Part shown: piece by piece, positions 1 to 8,792 of the stretch | Numbering within the stretch: position 1 is the first letter of the stretch | How the letters are laid out: every line of letters begins with the position of its first letter | IMG/VR virus record: IMGVR_UViG_3300029288_000163 | Span: 6,787-70,786 of that record | Reading direction: 5' to 3' (one strand) | Length of the DNA stretch: 64,000 bases | DNA from: a virus | Lineage: Duplodnaviria > Caudoviricetes | Translations under genes and position numbers: made by a program | Notes under the pieces: generated by a model | What the model was told of the DNA's origin: nothing | Seen by the model: only the letters and a program-made list of their open reading frames with translations | The model's database searches: none

Positions 1-376
1 CAATTTCTTCTGTTTCTGAGTACAGGGAAAAGTCTCTTACAGGCTTCTTCTTTTCCGTTTTCTTTCCCTTAAGATCCTTCATCTTCTTCTTGGCTTCTGC
101 AATAAGCTGTTTCGCACCCTCAAGGGTTGGGTGATATCGCAAATCCCCCTCTTTCAAAAGGAACGTCTCAACTGCCTTCAATGATTTAAACGAAACTTCG
201 TCGTATTCTCCCGCCCATCACGAACAACCACTAGCAGAAAGAATAACGAACCTCTTTCCTGCTGGTGCCTTCTTGTCGTAGTAAATTCCTGTTTGATCAA
301 CCTCATAGGACTCCGATTGATCAATAAAGAAAAGCTCTACCAATTCCTTGCGTCTTTCATCAAATCCGTATTCCAT
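1..376 (-). CDS. Hypothetical phage protein with an in-frame TGA at codon 53 (SGCS*W); candidate selenoprotein; runs off the window
   Basis: AAAAGGAG RBS and ATG at 376. TGA at 218-220. The frame then stays open to position 1. Confidence 0.6.
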
Positions 377-393
377 TTAGTTACTCCTTTTAG

Positions 394-1146
394 CTAAAGA
401 TCTACCAAATACTTCTCTTTGTAATGCGTTTGCTCACCTCTGTAACCGTAGGCATTACAAACACATCTGGTATTCCCCAAATTTATATCCTTGAACGAAT
501 GCGTGTGCCCATATACCCACAAAGCAGGTTCGTAAGTGGTTATCAAATCATCGCAGTTTGTTGCAAATGCCCCGTTCAAAGGACTGCCCTTGAATTGAGA
601 AGATATTAAGGAAAAACTTGGCATATGATGGGTAACTACTATCGTTTTAATCCCGCTTTTCTTGTTATGCTTCAGCTTCTTCTCTAACCATTTCCGAGAT
701 TCGAAATGAGCATTAATGAAATCTTCCGGCATAACCTTACGAAATTTCCCGTTGTCCACCGCAGTTATCAAATCAAAATCATTCAACCCAAAAACTGCTT
801 GAGCTACACACCTTTGGCTGTCGTAATCTGTCCACAATGCACAGCCAAGAATCGAAGTGGTATTGATAACTATTTCTTCGTTTTCTAGAAGGTATGCGTT
901 ATCAATCTTTTTTACAGCGTGTTTGTAACCTTTACGAGAATCTGGAAAAATGTTGTCGTAATATTCATGATTCCCAAGCACGTAAACAATAGGGGCCGTT
1001 TCATTTACTTTACGAACCTGGGAAAACATTTCACCAACTTTACCGGGAGTAGTTGCTACATCACCAGCAAAAATAAGGAGATCTGCTTCCTTGCTAATTG
1101 ATGGGAGATAACCATGCATGTCACTAACTATTTGCAATTTGGTCAT
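394..1146 (-). CDS. Calcineurin-like metallophosphoesterase
   Basis: SDMHG, AGD, GNHE, THH and GHTH motifs. Confidence 0.9.
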   Translation of the reverse strand: MTKLQIVSDMHGYLPSISKEADLLIFAGDVATTPGKVGEMFSQVRKVNETAPIVYVLGNHEYYDNIFPDSRKGYKHAVKKIDNAYLLENEEIVINTTSILGCALWTDYDSQRCVAQAVFGLNDFDLITAVDNGKFRKVMPEDFINAHFESRKWLEKKLKHNKKSGIKTIVVTHHMPSFSLISSQFKGSPLNGAFATNCDDLITTYEPALWVYGHTHSFKDINLGNTRCVCNAYGYRGEQTHYKEKYLVDL

Positions 1147-1481
1147 GGCTTTAATGCGTCTTCTCTGGGAAGCGTTACTAATTTAACCCCAAGCTTATCC
1201 GCTATCTTTTGGCACACAGCACAGGGCTCAATTGGTAGCAAATTCCCCGCTTTCCCTACACGGCAAACAATTATGCGAACAATTCCGCGAGCTTTAGCTT
1301 GCTCCATTATCAAACGTTCTGCGTGCCAACCGCCACCAAACTGATTAAACCTTGGCCGATTAGTTCTTGACATGACCGGGATTCCGCTACGATTCAGTCC
1401 GATTGCTGCAACTGAAAATTTGCAGATAGATTGGCCCGCTTTTGTTCTGGCACGCTCGATTATTTCTAAATCTGTACACAT
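1143..1481 (-). CDS. Small zinc-dependent cytidine/nucleotide deaminase-like protein
   Basis: HAE ... PCAVC deaminase signature. Confidence 0.75.
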   Translation of the reverse strand: MCTDLEIIERARTKAGQSICKFSVAAIGLNRSGIPVMSRTNRPRFNQFGGGWHAERLIMEQAKARGIVRIIVCRVGKAGNLLPIEPCAVCQKIADKLGVKLVTLPREDALKP

Positions 1482-1490
1482 AACTTTGTT

Positions 1491-1518
1491 AATATAGGCA
1501 CTAATTCTGGCTTGTCAA
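1491..1518 (-). promoter_or_regulatory. sigma70-like promoter
   Basis: TTGACA-16nt-TATATT. Confidence 0.7.
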
Positions 1519-1542
1519 TAGGGAAAATTCAATCTTTTCCGC

Positions 1543-1971
1543 CTACAGCCACGGAAACCCTACCTTTTTGTAATGCTTGTAAACTTGTCGGTAAAGTTTT
1601 ACCAAATCTCGGAAGATGATGAATTCTTGCCTTTCCGCAGAACATTCGCTAGTTATTTGTGCCCACCAATTTCTATAAGGTGAATCATCATCAAAGCAAT
1701 TCTTTTTCCACATTTTCTGCAATGGACAGAATTTGCAAGTATTGTGGTCATCATACATCAAACATAGCCCACAATAACCTGTCTGACCACGATCCTTATT
1801 CATAGGATGCCATTTTGCAACTGATAAGGCAACAGCACCCAGTAATCCGTAGGTGTAAAGGAATTCATTGATTTCCTCTTTAGTGAAGGAAGGGCTCAAT
1901 TCAATAAACTCTTCCCAGGTCTGACATACTGGAGCTAAACTCCTGCGTGTTTTAAGGTCTGCAACCTTCAT
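1543..1971 (-). CDS. Cys-rich hypothetical protein; first 17 codons derive from the IS right end
   Basis: ORF with CGLC/CKFC pairs; ATGA overlap with the tnpB stop. Confidence 0.6.
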   Translation of the reverse strand: MKVADLKTRRSLAPVCQTWEEFIELSPSFTKEEINEFLYTYGLLGAVALSVAKWHPMNKDRGQTGYCGLCLMYDDHNTCKFCPLQKMWKKNCFDDDSPYRNWWAQITSECSAERQEFIIFRDLVKLYRQVYKHYKKVGFPWL

Positions 1972-2978
1972 GCAGTTGCCTCTTTAGGGGTATCAGTGCT
2001 CCCCTTGCCAACATCTCTGTCTGCTGGCAATTGAAGAATGCCTTGATGACGAAGTGCTATGACAAAGGCAGCATTTACGTCGGCATCATCAACGTGCCCA
2101 CAATGGGTACACTTGAACTTCTTTCCTTTTCGAGTGCCTAGAAGTCCACACCGGGAGCATTGCTGGCTCGTATAGTGAGGATCAATCTTGACAACAGGAA
2201 CCCCAAGCAGTTTGGCCTTGTATTCTATGAACTGTGCGAGTTGATAGAAAGACCAACTGTTCAAGGAGCCCTTGAATTCTTTGGATCGTTTCTTAGTCTT
2301 TCGAATTCCTGTAAGATTCTCAAGAACAATACCGGTGTTGTTTTCTACTGCATAATCTACTATCCTCCTGGAAATCTGATGGTTCAAATTTCTAACTTTC
2401 CTGGCCTCTCGATTCTTTATCTTTTTAACTAGCTTGTTCTTTACTTTCTTTTGCAGGTTCTTCCTCTGGGCCTTGTACTTCCGGTGGAGATGATATGCTT
2501 CCTTGCCTAACTTCAGAACTTTTCCAGTTGTTGGATTTGCAGCAACCAAACAATGTCCCGTTGTATTCAAGTCCACCCCAAGCCAAGCTTCTGGTTGCAT
2601 TGGTGGCTTCTCTGGCACAGTAACCGCCACATAAGCATATTTATTGTCAAGCACAATTTGGTTTATTTTAACAAATTCAGTAAAATGATAAGTTAAAGTG
2701 AGCTTTAAACAAGCAACCCATAAAACTTTGTTCTTAGTGTCCGGTTTAATTGCCTGCCCAGGAACAATAAGATTAACATTGGAAATTTTCTTTATCTTTT
2801 TATCACGCCCATATTTTCTAAGAATTTGACACGCAATAGCAGCCTTAAGCCCTATATGTTTTACAGCAGAAGATGAAAATTGATTTGGGTTTTTAAGCGC
2901 AAACTCAGCCACCTGTCGAGCTTTTGCTAGCTCCACAGAAAAATCCCGACCATGCTTAATTTTGTATGTTAGTATCAT
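1968..2978 (-). CDS. tnpB: TnpB RNA-guided nuclease
   Basis: RuvC-I GVDLN, RuvC-II VLENL, Zn finger CSRC/CTHC, RuvC-III DADVNAA. Confidence 0.93.
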   Translation of the reverse strand: MILTYKIKHGRDFSVELAKARQVAEFALKNPNQFSSSAVKHIGLKAAIACQILRKYGRDKKIKKISNVNLIVPGQAIKPDTKNKVLWVACLKLTLTYHFTEFVKINQIVLDNKYAYVAVTVPEKPPMQPEAWLGVDLNTTGHCLVAANPTTGKVLKLGKEAYHLHRKYKAQRKNLQKKVKNKLVKKIKNREARKVRNLNHQISRRIVDYAVENNTGIVLENLTGIRKTKKRSKEFKGSLNSWSFYQLAQFIEYKAKLLGVPVVKIDPHYTSQQCSRCGLLGTRKGKKFKCTHCGHVDDADVNAAFVIALRHQGILQLPADRDVGKGSTDTPKEATA

Positions 2979-3373
2979 TTATTCTTCTGATCTTCAATAT
3001 ACGCTTTTATTGCTTCCTCCGAAATTTGCCCCACTGCTGCACAAAAATAACTTCTGGTCCACAAACAAGGCAACCGACTTTTCAGAAAAGGAAACTCTTC
3101 CCTTAATTTCCGGGATGTGTAGCCTTTCAGTTGCCCTACAACCCAGTGTACCGCATCAACAGGACTTGCTTTAACAAACAAACGTACATGATCTGGCATA
3201 ACTTCTAAAGACACAATTTCTATTCCCAGTTGATTTGCCTTCTCCTGAAGATAGATTTTCAACTTAGCCTCAACCTCGTAATCCAGAACCTTGCGCCTGT
3301 ACTTGGAACACCAAATAAGATGATATCCTAAATTGAAAACTGATGTTCTACTTGTTTTCCATCTCTTGTCCAT
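2975..3373 (-). CDS. tnpA: IS200-type Y1 transposase with mutated HUH motif (HVR); likely start MDKRWK
   Basis: YHLIWCSKYRR, MPDHVRLF, LWTRSYF and YIEDQ motifs. Confidence 0.9.
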   Translation of the reverse strand: MDKRWKTSRTSVFNLGYHLIWCSKYRRKVLDYEVEAKLKIYLQEKANQLGIEIVSLEVMPDHVRLFVKASPVDAVHWVVGQLKGYTSRKLREEFPFLKSRLPCLWTRSYFCAAVGQISEEAIKAYIEDQKNK

Positions 3374-3467
3374 ACCTATTAGTTGCCTGTCAACCAACTA
3401 TTTATGATTTTAAAAAATTATTTTTTATTTCACTCTCCCTACAACGAAAAAAGGAAATTTTTCAACT

Positions 3468-3938
3468 TCATTTTCCCTCCAAGTCGTAAATGAAAACAGG
3501 AATATCCTTGCTACAAAGTGTGCGTTCAATGATGTGTGCAACAGTAGCCCATCTCCCTCCAGAAAGTCCAGATCCGAAACGAGGTGCATGAATACTTGCC
3601 TTTGTCATTAGCGCAGCTTCGGCAACTTTCTCCAAACAACGCTCGCAAGCAGCCGCATCAAAAGGCACAGGATTCCACTGGGACCGCAAGGCACGTTGGG
3701 CCACCATATTAGCTACAACGATGTCATCAGTAACTCTTACAAGATGCACGTCACCAAGAAACCACTTACCCCTTTGGGAAAGATAAAACTCTTCTGGTTC
3801 CTTCCACCTCTTTGAAATTGCTAAAACATAGCCCCTTGCCCAACCTCCGACAGTGTTGCAAATATGGGGCAAAATCTTTGGACCCTCTCCAATAGGATAA
3901 GTGGCGTCACCCTTGAGATATGTAATTTCAGTTGTCAC
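3468..3938 (-). CDS. Macro domain (ADP-ribose processing, Poa1p/DarG-like)
   Basis: KGDAT, HICNTVGGW, ANMVAQ and PRFGSGLSGGRW motifs. Confidence 0.85.
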   Translation of the reverse strand: MTTEITYLKGDATYPIGEGPKILPHICNTVGGWARGYVLAISKRWKEPEEFYLSQRGKWFLGDVHLVRVTDDIVVANMVAQRALRSQWNPVPFDAAACERCLEKVAEAALMTKASIHAPRFGSGLSGGRWATVAHIIERTLCSKDIPVFIYDLEGK

Positions 3939-4386
3939 GCGCCACCTTCTTTGAAATCTGGTCCTTCAAGTACTTCGGAACCTTAATCTCTCCCGAAATT
4001 ACCTTGAGCATGAAATTCTGGTTGACCAGATACTCCATTGTGTATGCATCAACCTTAATGGGAATATCCAACATAAATCTATGTGACCTTGAACCACTCT
4101 CCATGTAGCGACCCAACCAACGCTTCGCGAGCTTGAAACTATCCCGATCCCGCTGATGCTTGATTGTCCAGAACACAAAAACTGACCCATCCTCTTGACG
4201 AGTCGTTGCCAAAGTCACGCCGAAAATTGGAGAAGTGAATAGAATATTCCTCCGGTTTTCATGAACCTTCTGGGCAATCATCTTATCCCTGGCGCGAATT
4301 TCCTTGGCAATTCTCTTGCCCTCTGCACGCTTGGCAAAAGAATCCGCCTTTCGTTTTTCAATCTCTTCAGGTGTGTACGTGGTCAT
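3928..4386 (-). CDS. Hypothetical protein
   Basis: ORF in a tightly packed minus-strand run. Confidence 0.6.
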   Translation of the reverse strand: MTTYTPEEIEKRKADSFAKRAEGKRIAKEIRARDKMIAQKVHENRRNILFTSPIFGVTLATTRQEDGSVFVFWTIKHQRDRDSFKLAKRWLGRYMESGSRSHRFMLDIPIKVDAYTMEYLVNQNFMLKVISGEIKVPKYLKDQISKKVARDN

Positions 4387-4492
4387 TTTTTATCTCTTTC
4401 TTTTTAGTTGATGATCCAAGTCTCCCACAGAAGAAACCTGTGCTAAAAAAGACAACACAGAAAATTAGCAAAATCCAGTATTCGATGGACAC
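4367..4492 (-). CDS. Small membrane protein (41 aa, below the ORF-track cutoff)
   Basis: GGAGG RBS, GTG start, hydrophobic N-terminus MSIEYWILLIFCVVFF. Confidence 0.55.
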   Translation of the reverse strand: MSIEYWILLIFCVVFFSTGFFCGRLGSSTKKKEIKNDHVHT

Positions 4493-4511
4493 AACTATCC
4501 TCCTGTTGGAA

Positions 4512-4539
4512 AGTGTAAGACTTAAATTTTGATTGTCAA
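4512..4539 (-). promoter_or_regulatory. sigma70-like promoter
   Basis: TTGACA-16nt-TACACT. Confidence 0.65.
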
Positions 4540-4558
4540 GGGGAAAAGGAAGGAAAAA

Positions 4559-4912
4559 CTACTCAGTAACCTTGGCCTTCTTGAGAACTAGAGCAAGAAG
4601 ATCCTCAATGGCTTCCAGGAACTTGCGCTCACCAGAATCAGTCAGGTTCAGAGCCTCTAGCCGCACTTCCATAGCTTCCTCGTCGTGTAGCTCCTCTTGA
4701 ATCAGATCCTTAATCAGATTTGCGGCTAGTACCTTGGCTTCGGACTTCTTGAGCGAATTCTTCTTGTCTGTCATTTTCGACCCTTTCAGTTTAAAATCCT
4801 CTACTTTAGAAGATTTTGTTAGATCCTTCTTTCCACCAACAGCAAACAAAGTCACCAGAAAAATAACTAAGGTAACAGCAACAATAAGGCCATATATAAT
4901 GTGTAGATTCAC
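4559..4912 (-). CDS. Membrane-anchored hypothetical protein
   Basis: N-terminal hydrophobic helix. Confidence 0.6.
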   Translation of the reverse strand: MNLHIIYGLIVAVTLVIFLVTLFAVGGKKDLTKSSKVEDFKLKGSKMTDKKNSLKKSEAKVLAANLIKDLIQEELHDEEAMEVRLEALNLTDSGERKFLEAIEDLLALVLKKAKVTE

Positions 4913-5094
4913 CTCTCTTTTTCCTCCTTCTGGTCTACTTCAGTCCTCCAGCGTTCAAAAAGCTCCTCCTCTGATAGCACCATTGAACAGTCAACATCGT
5001 GTTCGTTACCATACATGCCGCAATCGCAACGAGCCAGAGTTAGTTTGTTGTCACGCACCCACTTGGTAAATAGTTTAAAATTCTGACCGGACAT
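4909..5094 (-). CDS. Small hypothetical protein
   Basis: Overlap-coupled ORF with CDC..H..C. Confidence 0.5.
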   Translation of the reverse strand: MSGQNFKLFTKWVRDNKLTLARCDCGMYGNEHDVDCSMVLSEEELFERWRTEVDQKEEKER

Positions 5095-5626
5095 CTTCTA
5101 CTTTTTCCTCACTTTCGATGGTAGGATCTTCTACCTTTGGTGTAAAAACTAGCGGAACATTACCGTTTAGTTCATTCTCTACTCTACGGAATTGACAATA
5201 CTCGTAAAACTTATCCTCAACAATTCCCCAAGGATAGCCAAACCATCTTGAAGGATTCGGCCCCTTCTTTTGAACACCATAACAACGAATCATACCAATT
5301 AAATATAGATTTTTGAAATCGTGCTTAACCCCTTCCTCACTCCATACAGGAACCCCGCCTTCGTTCTTGATCTTAGGGCACATTGTAGCCAAACCTCTTA
5401 CCCAATAAAGACCAATTTCAAGAGGACGCCCCTCAAACCACCCATCATTACCCAATTCTACTGTACTTACTTTGTACTTCTTCTTACGTACAAGCTCAGG
5501 AACAGCGTTTGATTTCCTACCTTCATCAAGCGTTTGCCGATGGATAAGGTTTTCACGACCTGTTTTGCGTGCCTTTACTTCAGCATTAGTTGGTCGTCCC
5601 CGCTTCTTTTTTACTGGTTCATCCAT
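5075..5626 (-). CDS. Hypothetical protein with N-terminal AT-hook-like motif
   Basis: KKKRGRP at the N-terminus. Confidence 0.6.
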   Translation of the reverse strand: MDEPVKKKRGRPTNAEVKARKTGRENLIHRQTLDEGRKSNAVPELVRKKKYKVSTVELGNDGWFEGRPLEIGLYWVRGLATMCPKIKNEGGVPVWSEEGVKHDFKNLYLIGMIRCYGVQKKGPNPSRWFGYPWGIVEDKFYEYCQFRRVENELNGNVPLVFTPKVEDPTIESEEKVEDVRSEF

Positions 5627-5663
5627 TAATGATCCTTTTGCTAGGGGTTATGATCTTAGCACA

Positions 5664-5837
5664 CTAAACCCTTTTTGTCAGTATACAAGGAAGGTCGGAT
5701 ACTGTGTCAATCCCGTTTTCAACCGCCATCCTCTGGTGTGGATCTAAAGCACCCCACGTTGTTTTGACACCATGAGCTTCACAAACAACCTCATGATCAT
5801 CTTCAGGCTCAAACTTGGTCCCATCCTGCGTATACAT
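5664..5837 (-). CDS. Small hypothetical protein (57 aa, MYTQDGTKFEP...)
   Basis: GGAG RBS and an upstream promoter; fills an intergenic gap. Confidence 0.55.
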   Translation of the reverse strand: MYTQDGTKFEPEDDHEVVCEAHGVKTTWGALDPHQRMAVENGIDTVSDLPCILTKRV

Positions 5838-5876
5838 AACGCTCCTTTTGTAAGGGCTAATTTCCCAGTCACAGGC

Positions 5877-5904
5877 AATATACGAACTTTTTTGGCTTTG
5901 TCAA
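5877..5904 (-). promoter_or_regulatory. sigma70-like promoter
   Basis: TTGACA-16nt-TATATT. Confidence 0.7.
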
Positions 5905-5924
5905 GAGTTTGGGAAGAAAATAAT

Positions 5925-6302
5925 CTACTTATTTTGCATTACGCCTTGGAAAACATCGGAAGGCGTTGTGGGCTTTTGGTTGGACGGTAATGTAGTAGGT
6001 TCAACTTTTTCTTTAAGTAAATTAACATCGTCAGCAATTGTATTCACATCTGTCCAAACTTCGTTAACTGATTCGGACATACCTGCATTAAATTGGTTAA
6101 GATACTCAAGCCACTCTTGCAGTACAGAATTTTGCTGATTGAACTGCTCCTGCAATTGCTGAACCTGTTGGGATACGTCACCAGAGCCCCCAGGAGCCGT
6201 TGTAGAGCCCAAAGGAACCGCCTCCCCTGCCTCGTTCACGTCCCATTGGCTGACCTTCTGGATGCGTTCTAGAGCCTTTGTACTCAGTCTCGCTAATCTC
6301 AT
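5925..6302 (-). CDS. Coiled-coil hypothetical protein, possibly virion-associated
   Basis: GGAGG RBS; Q-rich heptads; basic leader ending KVSQ. Confidence 0.6.
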   Translation of the reverse strand: MRLARLSTKALERIQKVSQWDVNEAGEAVPLGSTTAPGGSGDVSQQVQQLQEQFNQQNSVLQEWLEYLNQFNAGMSESVNEVWTDVNTIADDVNLLKEKVEPTTLPSNQKPTTPSDVFQGVMQNK

Positions 6303-6325
6303 TGAAAGATCCTCCCTAAAGAATG

Positions 6326-6348
6326 ATTAAAGCACAGTTTTGGTAGGG
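6326..6348 (-). promoter_or_regulatory. Candidate phage-specific promoter
   Basis: CCCTA-N12-TTTAAT. Confidence 0.45.
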
Positions 6349-6352
6349 GAAC

Positions 6353-6472
6353 TTAATCACAGATCAAATGACCTACATAATAAAAAATTGGTAATGCAAA
6401 GAAAAGGAGTAGACCTATCCGAACGTTATCCATGAAAGTAGCAGGCTTCTCTGCGGGTTGTTTGAAGTCCAT
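6353..6472 (-). CDS. Small membrane protein (39 aa)
   Basis: TAATG coupling to the upstream gene; IGLLLFFALPIFYYVG helix. Confidence 0.45.
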   Translation of the reverse strand: MDFKQPAEKPATFMDNVRIGLLLFFALPIFYYVGHLICD

Positions 6473-7209
6473 TACCTAACCATAAGGCCTCTTTTGCCTT
6501 TGTCAAACAAAAAAGACTCCGAATCTGAAATTTCGTAATTGACCAGTTCAGCAACTTCCCGTGGGTCCATTTTGTATTCGCTAGCCACAGTAAAAATTGA
6601 AACAAGCATGTTCTCCCGTTTTGCAATTTCCCAAACCCGATCCTTTACCTCATTTGCCTGCTTACGCGGACGCATTGGTAAGGCATTCAATGACTTATCT
6701 GTTGGTGAAAGTTCTTCGTTAAGTGGCGACATTAACGGATTATCACCAATTGTTTGCGTACCCATAGGAACGTCGTCAGCTTTCTTGTCTTTCAACTTCT
6801 TTTCCATCTTCTTCAATTCAGGATAATAGGAATTCCCCAATTCTTCCAAATGATCGCTGGCTATCTCAATTGCAACATCATAATCGTCTGTGTGCTCAAG
6901 CTCTACTTCCGCCCCCTCTTGGAGATCCTTCTTCTCAAAGTCACTAGGCGTTTTTCCATCTGCTTTGCCTCCTGGGAGTCGGTCTTCCCATTCATCGTCA
7001 CTGGGTAGCCCGTTAGCTCTGGCCACTCTTCTTCCAATTCTCCCCCAGTCATTAAGGCTATTAATGAGCCGTCCAAGTCGATCAAAAGCTCTTTGATGGG
7101 AATTTCCAGTCCGTGAGGAATTACGGTAGTCTGCGAAAGCCTTGTCCAATTCGAATCCGACAATTCTATCGAGTATCTTATATGCACGTCGTTGAAAGGT
7201 ATCTGCCAT
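6472..7209 (-). CDS. Modular phage protein with DUF5661-like domain
   Basis: LPGGKADG ... GAEVELEHT ... IASDHLEE ... YY motif. Confidence 0.65.
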   Translation of the reverse strand: MADTFQRRAYKILDRIVGFELDKAFADYRNSSRTGNSHQRAFDRLGRLINSLNDWGRIGRRVARANGLPSDDEWEDRLPGGKADGKTPSDFEKKDLQEGAEVELEHTDDYDVAIEIASDHLEELGNSYYPELKKMEKKLKDKKADDVPMGTQTIGDNPLMSPLNEELSPTDKSLNALPMRPRKQANEVKDRVWEIAKRENMLVSIFTVASEYKMDPREVAELVNYEISDSESFLFDKGKRGLMVR

Positions 7210-7243
7210 AAGCTCACCTCCAACCTTTTATACTAGCACAGTT

Positions 7244-7672
7244 TTAGTCGCTGCCCAAAAAGTCCAAACTTAAACAATCTTTCGCATAACGAACTGCTTT
7301 TGTTGCCCGAAATTTTGTAGGAACATCTAAACGGATTCGCATGGTTTGATGATTTTCACAAATTTTTGGGTCAATGTAGTAAACTTTTGCTGTATCTGGG
7401 CAAAATATGGCGTAAAGATCAACTTCATCCGCCTTTATACCCTTATGACGCTTTTGTTTGCCGCGAGAATTAGCACGCCTTAACTCAAGATCTACATAGC
7501 CTTTGTGATTTTCACGATATTTTACTTGAACTTTGTAAAATTTGCTGTTTTTGTGAATTACCATGTCATACGGAAGACTGGCAGAAAAAGGAAGAAGAAT
7601 GTCGAAACCTTTTGTGGTTAAATCTGCCGTGACTTGAGAAACCCCGATGTCGCCTTTGTCGCTTTCTTTCAT
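7244..7672 (-). CDS. PD-(D/E)XK homing endonuclease-like protein
   Basis: KGDIG ... YDMV ... VQVKY motif. Confidence 0.75.
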   Translation of the reverse strand: MKESDKGDIGVSQVTADLTTKGFDILLPFSASLPYDMVIHKNSKFYKVQVKYRENHKGYVDLELRRANSRGKQKRHKGIKADEVDLYAIFCPDTAKVYYIDPKICENHQTMRIRLDVPTKFRATKAVRYAKDCLSLDFLGSD

Positions 7673-7705
7673 GGGGGTAGTATACGAGAGAATGGGGAGG
7701 AGAAC

Positions 7706-8389
7706 TTAAAAGAGAAGATCAATAAACCCTTGGCGAACTTTGGTTAATGTCGTTTTCTTGTTTGTGCGATGATCCTTCACAATATCGTCTTGTTCCCTGT
7801 ACGTGCGAACCTTACACCCTCTTTGCCCAGACCCAAGCTGTACTCGCCTCTTCTCCGCTATTTCTGAATCTTGGGCCATCTTCGCATTGCCCAAAACCTT
7901 AGCTGATAGAAGCCGTCTAGCTGTCTCCCGGTTCTGCTTTTGCGAGCGCTCGGTGCAACACTCAACCCTAATACCAGAAGGCTTGTGCAACAGTCGTACA
8001 GCCGTTGAAGTCTTGTTATTATTTTGCCCACCATTGCCAGCAGCTTTCCTGTACAACGTTTCCTCAAGATCCTCTTCTCTGAATTGTGGAATAGAATTTG
8101 GTAGGCTAAGGACAGCGCAAGTAATTGTGGAGGTCTGTACTCTACCCCGTTTTTCTGTACTAGGGACATGTTGCCAGCGGTGTCCCCCAGGTTCATTCTG
8201 GAATAATTTGGTAGCATTCTCCCCAATTATTTCCAAAACTGTTTGACCAGGACGTTGATCAACTATTTCGACACTAAGTGCAAACCTTGCGGAATATTTA
8301 GCATATATTGCAGTCATCTCATGTACTAACAATTTGCTATCATTTCCGCCTTCTGCTGCACGTATTTCGACATATATTGTTTCTTTCAT
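7706..8389 (-). CDS. Class I peptide chain release factor, RF1-like, lacking domain 1
   Basis: EIRAAEGG, E.GGHR..VPSTE..GRV.TS (PxT), GGQ and RTY motifs; GAGG RBS before MKETIY. Confidence 0.85.
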   Translation of the reverse strand: MKETIYVEIRAAEGGNDSKLLVHEMTAIYAKYSARFALSVEIVDQRPGQTVLEIIGENATKLFQNEPGGHRWQHVPSTEKRGRVQTSTITCAVLSLPNSIPQFREEDLEETLYRKAAGNGGQNNNKTSTAVRLLHKPSGIRVECCTERSQKQNRETARRLLSAKVLGNAKMAQDSEIAEKRRVQLGSGQRGCKVRTYREQDDIVKDHRTNKKTTLTKVRQGFIDLLF

Positions 8390-8543
8390 TTGCGTGCCTC
8401 TTGACCGATGTGTTAGTGAAACCATAGAACTATCAAACCGACTTTATGATAGAGCTATTCACTAATATTTGGTCAAGATCGCAAAGGTAGGAGTTCTGAC
8501 AAACACATGAATTTCCTTAATCTGCAATGATCAGAGAAACACT

Positions 8544-8628
8544 TGGTGCGCGTGGCCCGGTTCGCACGGGCATAGCCTTGCGGCTGAAAACTTTTGAGGT
8601 TTTTGTGTATACACTCCACCACACGCGC
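8544..8628 (-). tRNA. tRNA-Leu(CAA)
   Basis: Cloverleaf GCGCGTG/CACGCGC, anticodon loop CTCAAAA, long variable arm, encoded ACCA. Confidence 0.9.
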
Positions 8629-8643
8629 AATAAATATGGAATT

Positions 8644-8715
8644 TGTGCCTTCTAGGGTTTGCACCTAGGTAATTCCGTTATGAGCGGAATATGCTGACTT
8701 CTGCATTAAGGGCAC
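8644..8715 (-). tRNA. tRNA-Met or tRNA-Ile2 (CAT)
   Basis: TTCCG-CTCATAA-CGGAA anticodon arm; CTAGG-TGCAAAC-CCTAG T arm; no encoded CCA. Confidence 0.85.
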
Positions 8716-8719
8716 CTAG

Positions 8720-8792
8720 CGCCCATTCTAGGATTTGCACCCAGGGTCTTTCGGTTAACGGCCGAATGCTTTTGCTACTAAGCTAAATGGGC
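8720..8792 (-). tRNA. tRNA-Asn(GTT)
   Basis: GCCCATT/AATGGGC acceptor stem; TTCGG-CCGTTAA-CCGAA anticodon arm; discriminator G. Confidence 0.9.

Larger units (their letters stand above)
1921..3459 (-). mobile_element. IS200/IS605-family element (tnpA+tnpB), probably immobilised; left end approximate
   Basis: Adjacent tnpA and tnpB; right end ...GGAGTTTAGCTCCAGTATGTCAG ending at 1921. Confidence 0.75.
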
